In this document: positions 1 through 7,977 of the stretch, one piece after another
Numbering within the stretch: the first letter of the stretch is position 1
Layout of the letters: every line of letters starts with the position of its first letter
Made by a program: the position numbers and the translations under genes
Assembly: GCA_964577685.1 (NCBI GenBank)
Contig: CAZNZT010000004.1
Location: forward strand, 1 to 64,000
Direction of reading: 5' to 3'
Length of the DNA stretch: 64,000 bases
Source of the DNA: an uncultured Methanosarcinales archaeon
Lineage (GTDB): Archaea > Nanobdellota > Nanobdellia > Woesearchaeales > JACPBV01
The notes under the pieces: model-generated
What the model saw: only the letters and a program-made list of their open reading frames with translations
Databases searched by the model: none
What the model was told of the DNA's origin: nothing

Positions 1-22
1 TTACATTTATCAATATATCAAT

Positions 23-305
23 ATGAGAGAATCACTAAAAATATTCAAAGCATTACTTGATGAGACAGGATTAAAGATGGTTGAACTTCTCCTAAATGGG
101 GAAAAGTTCGTTTCTGAAATTGTTCCATTTACAAAGAAAGCTAATCAACTGTTTCAATTTAATTAGCAAAACTTGAAGATTTGGGGTTGTTGAGTCAAGA
201 AGAGAAGGAAAAAGTGTTTATTATAAGCTGGTAAATGATAAAGTTGTGAAAATTCTCAAGATAGTTAATGATAAACCAAATGTGAGCGGAGGTGTTAAAA
301 AATGA
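23..305 (+). pseudogene. arsR: ArsR/SmtB-family repressor, disrupted
   Basis: Reconstructed reading MRESLKIFKALLDET...KA(Q)STVSI*LAKLEDLG(V)VESRREGKSVYYKL is an ArsR wHTH but needs two frameshifts and one in-frame TAA; its stop overlaps the next ATG (ATGA). Confidence 0.8.
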
Positions 306-544
306 AAATTTCCATAATTGGCTCAGGCTGTCCAACATGCGAAGCATTGTATAACAAAGTTAAGAAACTGAAGGAAGAAGGAAAAATAGATGCAGAAATT
401 GAGCATATCAAAGATGTAAACGAGTTGATTAACCGCGGTATTATGGGAAGTCCTGCATTGCTGATTGATGACAAGCCAGTTCATGTTGGTATGCCTGAAA
501 GCGATGAAAAACTTCTTGAAATAATTAAAAAACATTCTAACTAA
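302..544 (+). CDS. Small thioredoxin-like redox-active disulfide protein (MTH895-like)
   Basis: GSGCPTC and GIMGSPALLID motifs; lies between arsR and an ArsP-type permease. Confidence 0.85.
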   Translation: MKISIIGSGCPTCEALYNKVKKLKEEGKIDAEIEHIKDVNELINRGIMGSPALLIDDKPVHVGMPESDEKLLEIIKKHSN

Positions 545-553
545 GTGAGAAAT

Positions 554-1660
554 ATGAAAGAAAGAAATATATTTTTGCTAATTATAGGTTTGTTTTTGGG
601 ATTTTATTTCATACCTACTAACAGCGGCATTTTTAATAATGCTATTCTTAGTGGATTCAAGTTGTTGCATGATTATGCAAGACAGCATGTTTTGACTTGT
701 TTAGTCCCTGCTTTTTTTATTGCAGGAGCAATAAGTGTTTTTGTCAGGAAAGAAGCGATACTAAAATATCTCGGCCATAAAAGTAAAAAATATATTTCTT
801 ATTCAATTGCTTCTGTTTCTGGCAGTATTTTAGCTGTTTGTTCATGCACAATTCTGCCTTTATTTGCAGGAGTAAGAAAAAGAGGTGCTGGACTTGGACC
901 TGCAATAACTTTTCTTTTTTCAGGACCTGCAATAAACATAGCTGCGATGTTTCTTACAATTAGTGTTTTAGGTTTGCATATAGGTTTAGCAAGAATTTCT
1001 TTTGCTATCCTTTTGTCAATCCTTGTTGGTTTGTCAATGGAGTTAATTTTTAGAGAGAAAGTAGAGAAAGGGGAATTGTATTTGCAGGAAAGCAAGGAAG
1101 TTAAATTAAGCAAGAAAATCTTTTTAATTTTCTTTTTCTCTATGGTCATGGTGCTGATTGTTAATGGCTTGCAAATAAACAGATTTTTGAAATATGGTTT
1201 AATGCTGTTTTTCACATTAGCAACTGCTATATTAGTTATTTTTAAATTTCATAAAGAAACAACAAAAGAGTGGTTTAAAGAAACATGGAATTTTACAAAA
1301 CTTTTGATGCCTTATTTGTTTGTTGGAGTTTTCATTGCTGGATTTTTAATGCCTTTGCTTCCTCAGGAGTTAATAGAGGGGATTGTCGGGCAAAACACAA
1401 TTATAGCAAACCTTGTTGCTTCTGTTTTCGGGGCATTTATGTATTTTTCAACATTAACTGAAATACCAATCTTGCAGGCATTAATTTCCAAAGGCATGTC
1501 TAACGGGCCGGCCTTAGCTTTGCTGTTAGCAGGACCAAGTTTAAGCTTGCCAAACATGTTGGTTGTAAGGAGAGTATTAGGAACTAAAAAAACAATTATA
1601 TATGTAACATTAGTTGTTATTTACTCAACAATTGCTGGATTAATCTTTGGTTTAATTTGA
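554..1660 (+). CDS. ArsP/DUF318-family permease
   Basis: Multi-TM protein with LAVCSCTILPLF, FLFSGPAINI, MYFSTLTEIPI and LLAGPSLSLP motifs; alternative GTG start at 545. Confidence 0.85.
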   Translation: MKERNIFLLIIGLFLGFYFIPTNSGIFNNAILSGFKLLHDYARQHVLTCLVPAFFIAGAISVFVRKEAILKYLGHKSKKYISYSIASVSGSILAVCSCTILPLFAGVRKRGAGLGPAITFLFSGPAINIAAMFLTISVLGLHIGLARISFAILLSILVGLSMELIFREKVEKGELYLQESKEVKLSKKIFLIFFFSMVMVLIVNGLQINRFLKYGLMLFFTLATAILVIFKFHKETTKEWFKETWNFTKLLMPYLFVGVFIAGFLMPLLPQELIEGIVGQNTIIANLVASVFGAFMYFSTLTEIPILQALISKGMSNGPALALLLAGPSLSLPNMLVVRRVLGTKKTIIYVTLVVIYSTIAGLIFGLI

Positions 1661-1861
1661 AATGACGGAGTCTGAGGCCGAGAAAGCCTAACCCAAAATG
1701 ATTTTCTCAACCTCTTGCTTGCTTTTTATAATTCTTCTTTAGCTTCTTTCTGCATTCTTTTTTTTACTTCTTCATCGTCATATGACACTTTTTTGAAAAT
1801 ACTTCATAACTACTTCACAATGACGAAACATTTATAAATGATTGCTGTTTTAAGGTTCTTT

Positions 1862-2809
1862 ATGATAACCCGTGTGTTAACTCAGGATGGGAGGAGAATA
1901 TCTGCAGAAGAGGCAATAAGGATAAGGGATAGGGCAAGAAAAAGTGGAGAGGAAGAACCAATCTTTATTGATCCACAAACAGGAGATACCCTTATTAAGC
2001 CAAGGAAGGGCCATAGTACATTATTAAGCCATGCAAGAGCACACTTTTATCATCCATCTAATGTTAGAGAGCGAGGTATAGGAACTGAAAGGAGGGAGGT
2101 AATAAGCAGGCTGGAGGAAATCTTACAGAGACAAGGCTTTCATGATTTTAGGGCTGGTGTTGTTGTCTTTAGGGATATAGAATCTGCCTTGAGGTTTGAT
2201 GCTAGTGTAGATTTCAATTATGGTTTTTATGTTTTATCTATGCAGGGGGATGATAAAAATTATGCTGTCCTTGTCTTGAATAGGGTTCCTAACTCTAGGA
2301 GATATCTTAACTTTCTTAGATATCTGAATGATACAACTACATTTGAAGGCAAACCAAGAATAAGGAAGGTGCTGGTTAATGAGGATGGAGAGGAAACAGA
2401 ACTTGGCAAGGTATATCTTGCAACCATTCAGGTGAAGAACAGACATCTTTACAGACCAAATATGGAAGAGGGCCATCCACAAGGTTATTTGATGTTAGGG
2501 GACTGGCAGATTGAACATTTGTCTAGGTTATATCCTGAGTTTGTTTATTTTGACCCTAGTGAATGTTTGTTGGAGAATGTAAGGTTAGAGCCAGTTGAGC
2601 ATAGCTGTAGCTACTCTTTTTGTAGGGCAGAGTTTAAGGGTGGGACTAATAACTTTTTTTGTCAGTTGATGCGTACAGAGCCCCTGGGTAACTTCAGTTT
2701 AGAGCCACATGTTATTAGGAAAAATGAACTTTCTAGCTACATAGGAAACCACCCTCGGCTACATCTTGCAAGATTTAGGTCAGAGAGGCAGGGAAGATTA
2801 TTTTTCTAA
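1862..2809 (+). CDS. Hypothetical protein, possibly a divergent CoiA-like/PD-(D/E)XK-fold protein
   Basis: Long ORF with TATA (TTTATAAA, 1831-1838) about 25 nt upstream of ATG 1862; N-terminal LIKPRKG...AHFYH resembles the CoiA N-terminus. Confidence 0.55.
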   Translation: MITRVLTQDGRRISAEEAIRIRDRARKSGEEEPIFIDPQTGDTLIKPRKGHSTLLSHARAHFYHPSNVRERGIGTERREVISRLEEILQRQGFHDFRAGVVVFRDIESALRFDASVDFNYGFYVLSMQGDDKNYAVLVLNRVPNSRRYLNFLRYLNDTTTFEGKPRIRKVLVNEDGEETELGKVYLATIQVKNRHLYRPNMEEGHPQGYLMLGDWQIEHLSRLYPEFVYFDPSECLLENVRLEPVEHSCSYSFCRAEFKGGTNNFFCQLMRTEPLGNFSLEPHVIRKNELSSYIGNHPRLHLARFRSERQGRLFF

Positions 2810-2810
2810 G

Positions 2811-3593
2811 ATGACAGAACTTTCTAGGAATGATGTCCTTGAATCAATGGTTGAGTTTGTTAGGGCTAATCTTCAGCTTGAAGATAAGAGGGGCCCTGAA
2901 TACAATCCATCAAGACAAAGCATATTATTCTCTGGGAAAAGGATAGGAGCTAGGAGAGAATATATCTTCTCTCTAGAAGTCATTGCAGCAATGGATAGGC
3001 AAGCAAGTGTGAAGTTATTTTTAGATAGGTTAATGGGAAGAAGAAATGCTATGGTATACACAGCAATAGTTATGCCGAGATCTCTTGATTACCATAATGC
3101 TAATCCAACTTTCCATTGTCCATATCTGAGAAGAGCAAATCTTCTTGAGGGGCTTGATGATAGGCTATTTGAAAAGTTTAGAGCAGGTTTCTATAGAGAT
3201 TCTGTGTTCTTGCTGTCTGATTTTGAGACATGTGTAGCTATTCCTTTAAGTGGAAATGATGTTGCCTATTATAACCCAAAGACAGATAGTATAGAGGTAT
3301 TTTGGTTCAGACAATTTCCAAAGAGAAAGATAATCCCCTTTAATGAGGAAACTCTTGGGTGTAGGTTAAATCCCTGTTGGGATTTGTGGTATTTAAGAAA
3401 TCTTGATTTTCTACCTGAGAATCGTGGGATAAGAAGAAGCACAGAGATATTTTTGAATAAACAAAGACACTTGCATAGGGTTGTGAGACAGGGTATGAAG
3501 AAACAGGATAAGGCAATAAGGGAGAGCTTTTCTTTGGAGCCTTATAGGAGTAGTCAGCTTGGAGTTTATGGTGCTAGACTTATTTCATGTTGA
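2811..3593 (+). CDS. Hypothetical protein, apparent distant paralogue of the upstream ORF
   Basis: ATG 1 nt after the previous stop; shares L-x-D-[WF]...V-x-[YF]-[DN]P and FSLEP motifs with 1862..2809. Confidence 0.6.
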   Translation: MTELSRNDVLESMVEFVRANLQLEDKRGPEYNPSRQSILFSGKRIGARREYIFSLEVIAAMDRQASVKLFLDRLMGRRNAMVYTAIVMPRSLDYHNANPTFHCPYLRRANLLEGLDDRLFEKFRAGFYRDSVFLLSDFETCVAIPLSGNDVAYYNPKTDSIEVFWFRQFPKRKIIPFNEETLGCRLNPCWDLWYLRNLDFLPENRGIRRSTEIFLNKQRHLHRVVRQGMKKQDKAIRESFSLEPYRSSQLGVYGARLISC

Positions 3594-3690
3594 TATAATA
3601 ACTAACTATAATAACTAGCCTGAGAGTTTATTTAAAAGTAAATTAAAATTAAACAAAAGATTTAATAATCAAAGGATACAGTTAGGGGCT

Positions 3691-4383
3691 ATGAATTTGT
3701 TCAATTTGGTTTATCAGAAGCTTTATAGTGCATTTGGTAGGCAAGGATGGTGGCCCCTTACTGTAAGGGGTTATGAAAGCAAACATTATTCAGGTAGGCC
3801 AAGGAATAAGAAGCATAGGTTTGAGATATGTATTGGAGCAATTCTTACGCAAAACACAAATTGGAAAAATGTTGAGAAGGCACTTTATAATCTGAATAAA
3901 AATAATCTTATTGATATTAAAAAGATCTGTAAGATAAAAAAGGAGAGGCTTGCTAGACTGATTAAGTCTGCGGGGTATTATAATCAGAAGGCAGAGAGGT
4001 TAAAGGTCTTTTCTAGATACATCTTAGATAATTATGGTGGTGATATTGGGTTGTTCCTTAATCAGCAAATAGGTAAATTAAGAGAAGAACTTCTGTCAAT
4101 TAAAGGCATAGGTCCAGAAACAGCTGATTCTATTATACTTTATGCAGCAGAAAAGCCAATATTTGTGATTGATGCCTATACTGTTAGGGTATTTAATAGA
4201 TTAGGATTTAAAGCAAAGGATTACAGTGATTGGCAGATTTTATTTATGAGCAATCTAAAGAAAGATCTCACTCTCTTTAAAGAATATCATGCTTTACTTG
4301 TAAGGCTTGGGAAAGAGTATTGTAAAAAAAAGCCAGATTGTAAGTGTTGTCCACTCTTTATTTTTTGTAAATTTAAAGGTTAA
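3691..4383 (+). CDS. Endonuclease III-related HhH-GPD DNA glycosylase with [4Fe-4S] cluster
   Basis: GAILTQNTNW, LLSIKGIGPETADSI, VIDAYT motifs and a C-terminal four-Cys cluster. Confidence 0.9.
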   Translation: MNLFNLVYQKLYSAFGRQGWWPLTVRGYESKHYSGRPRNKKHRFEICIGAILTQNTNWKNVEKALYNLNKNNLIDIKKICKIKKERLARLIKSAGYYNQKAERLKVFSRYILDNYGGDIGLFLNQQIGKLREELLSIKGIGPETADSIILYAAEKPIFVIDAYTVRVFNRLGFKAKDYSDWQILFMSNLKKDLTLFKEYHALLVRLGKEYCKKKPDCKCCPLFIFCKFKG

Positions 4384-4426
4384 AATTTAATAAAATTTAT
4401 ATAGGTTAATATTATTTTGTTGTATT

Positions 4427-4729
4427 ATGTTGAAGTTATTATTGATGCTTGTAATATCAGTAATTATAGCGTCTCTTCTTGTTAATATATTAAGGAAAGG
4501 ATTAAAGCTCATTTTGTTTGTTGGTCTTGTTATTGTAGTCTTTTTATTGTTGTCTTCCCTTATCTATCCAGAGAATAGTTATATACAGAAGGGAAAAGAA
4601 TTTATATTAGGAACATCTAAAAATGTAATAGAGAGAGGTAAAGAGAAGATAACATCTTATGTGGTAATAGAGAACGCTAGTGTTGAAGATTTTGGGAAGG
4701 ATTTAGGTAAAAAGCTAATTAAGGATTAA
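4427..4729 (+). CDS. Small membrane protein (2 TM), unknown function
   Basis: Two N-terminal hydrophobic helices; TATA-like TTTATATA upstream. Confidence 0.6.
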   Translation: MLKLLLMLVISVIIASLLVNILRKGLKLILFVGLVIVVFLLLSSLIYPENSYIQKGKEFILGTSKNVIERGKEKITSYVVIENASVEDFGKDLGKKLIKD

Positions 4730-4762
4730 GCTATCAAAAACCCAAAAAAGAGGTAATAGATT

Positions 4763-5212
4763 ATGTCCTTTTTTGATAAGCTAAAGTTTTGGAAAAAAGA
4801 TAACTTAGGATTAAGTAGCCAAGATAAACTTGAGAGAGAACTTGGTTTGCCTCCATTGGACCATGGTTTTTCGCAAGAGACCTTTCAGGGACCAACATCC
4901 CACTTAGGCAATGATTTTGGTTCAGGAAACCAAGCAAGCAGTTTTGGTTTGTCTGGTAGTGGGGAGTTTGGCAGCAGGGATAAGGGTTATACAAGAGAAC
5001 CCCTTGGAAGACCTGCACCAATGCAACAACCTTTTTCTGCTCCTGTACAACCCTCACAGCCGAGTGAAAGAGACTCATATAGTAAGGACCTTGATCTTGT
5101 TTCTGCAAAGCTTGATTCTATAAGATATACCTTGGAAAGTATAAACCAGAGACTAGCAAACCTTGAGAGGTTAGCAAACTGGGAAAGAGAGCAAAATAAA
5201 AAGGGATGGTAA
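4763..5212 (+). CDS. Hypothetical protein: amphipathic N-terminus, low-complexity linker, C-terminal coiled coil
   Basis: GAGGT RBS; MSFFDKLKFWKK start; P/S/G/Q-rich middle; heptad LDLVSAKLDSIRYTLESINQRLANLE. Confidence 0.7.
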   Translation: MSFFDKLKFWKKDNLGLSSQDKLERELGLPPLDHGFSQETFQGPTSHLGNDFGSGNQASSFGLSGSGEFGSRDKGYTREPLGRPAPMQQPFSAPVQPSQPSERDSYSKDLDLVSAKLDSIRYTLESINQRLANLERLANWEREQNKKGW

Positions 5213-5245
5213 GGTTTATATATATTTGATTTATGATTTATTTTT

Positions 5246-5758
5246 ATGAAAACTACTCTAAAAGGCAAATTTAAGATTTTCTTGCTTATTGTTTTTGGTA
5301 TTCTATTGGTGGACCAGTGTACTAAGTATATTGTGTCAAAGATAGTTGGCCTAGGGAACTCAGTAGCCCTTATTAGAGGAATATTGTATATTACTTATGT
5401 CAAGAATACTGGTGCAGGTTTTGGTATTTTTAAGAACCAGAATACTCTTTTGATTTTTATTTCTTTGATTGTTGTTGGTTTGATATTGTTCTATCTTAAT
5501 AAAATATTAGAATATGGTCTCTGTTTTCCATTTTCATTGATTTTTTCAGGTGCTATAGGAAATCTGATAGATAGAATTCTCTTTGGTTATGTAAGGGATT
5601 TTATTGATTTTAGGATATGGCCTACATTCAACATAGCTGATTCTTGTATTACGATTGGTATTTTTCTTATGTTATACTACGGCCTGCTAAAGAGGAAGCA
5701 TAATAGGAAATATCCTAGAGATAGGGATTATAGAGATAGCGGAAAAAGAGATAAATAA
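5246..5758 (+). CDS. lspA: Lipoprotein signal peptidase II
   Basis: DQCTK, NTGAGFG, GAIGNLIDR, GYVRDF and FNIADS motifs, including both catalytic Asp residues. Confidence 0.92.
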   Translation: MKTTLKGKFKIFLLIVFGILLVDQCTKYIVSKIVGLGNSVALIRGILYITYVKNTGAGFGIFKNQNTLLIFISLIVVGLILFYLNKILEYGLCFPFSLIFSGAIGNLIDRILFGYVRDFIDFRIWPTFNIADSCITIGIFLMLYYGLLKRKHNRKYPRDRDYRDSGKRDK

Positions 5759-5766
5759 TGTTTTGA

Positions 5767-6333
5767 TTATTTTTTTCTTACACAACTATGTGGCTTATAT
5801 TTTTTCTTGGCCTCTTTTTCATTATCAAACCAGACCTTGTTTTTTTCCTTAATCTTTTCTGCCCATTCACAATTTGGAATATGGTAGGTAGTGCCTGTTT
5901 TACTTGCCACATATTTCTCAGGGATAATTTTTTTTGTAGTCTTTTCTTCAGGGGCCTCTATGTCTTCTATTTCTTCAGTTTCTTCAATCCCTTTTATCTC
6001 TTTTTCTTTTATATTTATAACGGATACTAGGAAACCAAATGAAGAGAATAGTAAAGTTAAGAAAAATATTTTTCCTGTGCCTATCCTACTAGATACTACA
6101 AATAGGTCTAATATAATGGCTAAGAATATGACGGAGAGGGTAATCCATGCAAGTCTTGAATCTTTGTAGGCTGGTATTAATGCTATAAAGGAAAGCAGGA
6201 TTATTATTATAGTGAATAACAGTTCTAGTAAAAATTTGAGACCACTTAGTCTGAATATAGTAGTTATTAGACCTAGTAGGACTACTAGCAGGATAATATC
6301 GATAATGAAAAAGCTAATCTTTTTCTCCCCCAT
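5767..6333 (-). CDS. Membrane protein (4 TM) with C-terminal Ada-like metal-binding domain
   Basis: Hydrophobic N-terminal half; YVASKTGTTYHIPNCEWA...PHSC C-terminus. Confidence 0.7.
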   Translation of the reverse strand: MGEKKISFFIIDIILLVVLLGLITTIFRLSGLKFLLELLFTIIIILLSFIALIPAYKDSRLAWITLSVIFLAIILDLFVVSSRIGTGKIFFLTLLFSSFGFLVSVINIKEKEIKGIEETEEIEDIEAPEEKTTKKIIPEKYVASKTGTTYHIPNCEWAEKIKEKNKVWFDNEKEAKKKYKPHSCVRKK

Positions 6334-6408
6334 GGTATAAAAAAGAAAGATAACTAATATTTAAATATTTCTATTCTCAAGTAGTAATATATGATAGTTA
6401 TTTAATAG

Positions 6409-6894
6409 TTATTCTAAAGTACTTATTCTTTCTTCTGGTTTTGCTAATTTGACAAACTCTATCCCTGCTGATTCTAGCAATTTTTTTGCCTCTTCATCTG
6501 GGTAATCTCCATAAGTTACATATCTCTTAATCTTAGCATTTGCTAGCATTTTTGCACATAGTATGCATGGTGGATGAGTGCAATATATTGTTGCACCTTC
6601 TATATTAACTCCATGGAGCCCTGCTTGGATAATAGCATTCTGTTCAGCATGAATGGCTCTGCAGATTTCATGTCTTTCTCCGGAGGGTATATTTTTTTCA
6701 TCTCTTAGACAACCGAGTTCAAGACAGTCCTTCATTCCAGAAGGAGCTCCATTATAGCCAGTTGTTAGTATTCTTTTATTTTTTACAATAACTGCTCCTA
6801 CATGATGCCTTCTACATGTTGAACGTTCAGCTACAAGCATAGCTATCTTAAGAAAGTACATATCCCATGCTGGTCTATTTTTTGTTTTGTCCAT
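6409..6894 (-). CDS. dCMP deaminase (ComEB-like)
   Basis: [20 protein letters not shown] and PCILC zinc-deaminase motifs; downstream of the nrd genes. Confidence 0.9.
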   Translation of the reverse strand: MDKTKNRPAWDMYFLKIAMLVAERSTCRRHHVGAVIVKNKRILTTGYNGAPSGMKDCLELGCLRDEKNIPSGERHEICRAIHAEQNAIIQAGLHGVNIEGATIYCTHPPCILCAKMLANAKIKRYVTYGDYPDEEAKKLLESAGIEFVKLAKPEERISTLE

Positions 6895-6920
6895 TCTTGT
6901 TTTCTGTTTGTTTATTTGCT

Positions 6921-7121
6921 TTATCTGCTCTTTGTTTGTACTTCAATAAACTTTTCAAAGCTCCTATCATATGTTTTTTCTATTTCTGGAGGAAAACAAC
7001 ATGCCGGCAATTCGTTCATACTCAGATGGTAGCTTAAACATTCACAGCATATCCCTTTTTTTGAGCACCCTGGGTAGGTACAAGGACATTTATTTAGGTT
7101 TGTTTCTTTTTTACACTCCAT
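6921..7121 (-). CDS. Small Cys-rich protein (DUF6485-like)
   Basis: [21 protein letters not shown]...LPACCFP...YDRS pattern. Confidence 0.75.
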   Translation of the reverse strand: MECKKETNLNKCPCTYPGCSKKGICCECLSYHLSMNELPACCFPPEIEKTYDRSFEKFIEVQTKSR

Positions 7122-7240
7122 GAATACCACCAATTTCTTAGTAGATATTAACAGCTTTTTAAAGATTGCTTTTTAATGGTTCTTGGTCAGTAGCTAAATA
7201 AATGGAATAAAAATGAAATAAAATTAATTTGTATTATGTC

Positions 7241-7942
7241 TTATGTCCTAATCTCAACACTTTTGGAATATGGCTTTAGTATCTCTTTGAATTCCTCTAG
7301 TTCTTTTCTAGAAAAAGCCTTATGGTTTTTATATCTTGCATCAATGACATTCTCATCAGCTCTAAAATTTTGAATAACTAATTTTTTACAACCTTTTGTG
7401 ATTTCTCCTATTTTTTTTATGTCCTCTGTTCTGTGTAGTCCAGGAACTACTGTTGTTCTAAACTCATAGTCTATCTTGCTGTTTTTTATTATTTCTATAC
7501 TCTTTTTTATTTTTTCAATACTCACATTTGTCCCTGCGGTTTCATTATACCTCTCAAATGAATTTTTTATGTCCATGGCGATGAAATCAACAAGCTTTTC
7601 TTTTATCAATTCGCTTATAAGTTCTGGATTTGTTCCATTTGTGTCAATCTTTATGGCATAGCCAAATTCTTTAACTTTTTTAAGGAAGTTTGTAATCTCT
7701 TTATAGAGTAGGGGTTCTCCTCCAGTGATACATATACCCTCAATCCATTTTTTTCTTTCTTTGAGAAAGTCTAAAAGTTTTTTTTCATCTATACTTTCAA
7801 GTTTATCTGGATTTATAACTAAGTCTTTATTGTGACAAAAACCACACCTAAAGTTGCAGTTTGGTAGGAATATTGTGCATGCTATCTTCCCTGGATAGTC
7901 CACAAGACTTGTTTTTTGCAGTCCTTTTATTACTAGTGACAT
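7241..7942 (-). CDS. nrdG: Anaerobic ribonucleotide reductase activating radical SAM enzyme
   Basis: SLVDYPG, CNFRCGFCHN, ITGGEP, DTNGT and YEFRTT motifs; follows nrdD. Confidence 0.92.
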   Translation of the reverse strand: MSLVIKGLQKTSLVDYPGKIACTIFLPNCNFRCGFCHNKDLVINPDKLESIDEKKLLDFLKERKKWIEGICITGGEPLLYKEITNFLKKVKEFGYAIKIDTNGTNPELISELIKEKLVDFIAMDIKNSFERYNETAGTNVSIEKIKKSIEIIKNSKIDYEFRTTVVPGLHRTEDIKKIGEITKGCKKLVIQNFRADENVIDARYKNHKAFSRKELEEFKEILKPYSKSVEIRT

Positions 7943-7977
7943 CTTTGATTTAAGAGGTTTTAAAAGATTTAAAAATT

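Noticed and set aside
1661..1712. GC-richer patch after the permease, loosely like a fluoride riboswitch or hammerhead core
   Set aside because: Required stems and conserved cores are not satisfied, and no suitable downstream gene follows.
1662..1805. Minus-strand coding-like fragment (SIFKKVSYDDEEVKKRMQKEAKEEL*KASKRLRK)
   Set aside because: No start codon, internal stop and no recognisable family; possibly a remnant but not supportable.
3594..3618. Short direct repeat TATAATAACTA x2
   Set aside because: Two copies in AT-rich DNA; no spacer structure.
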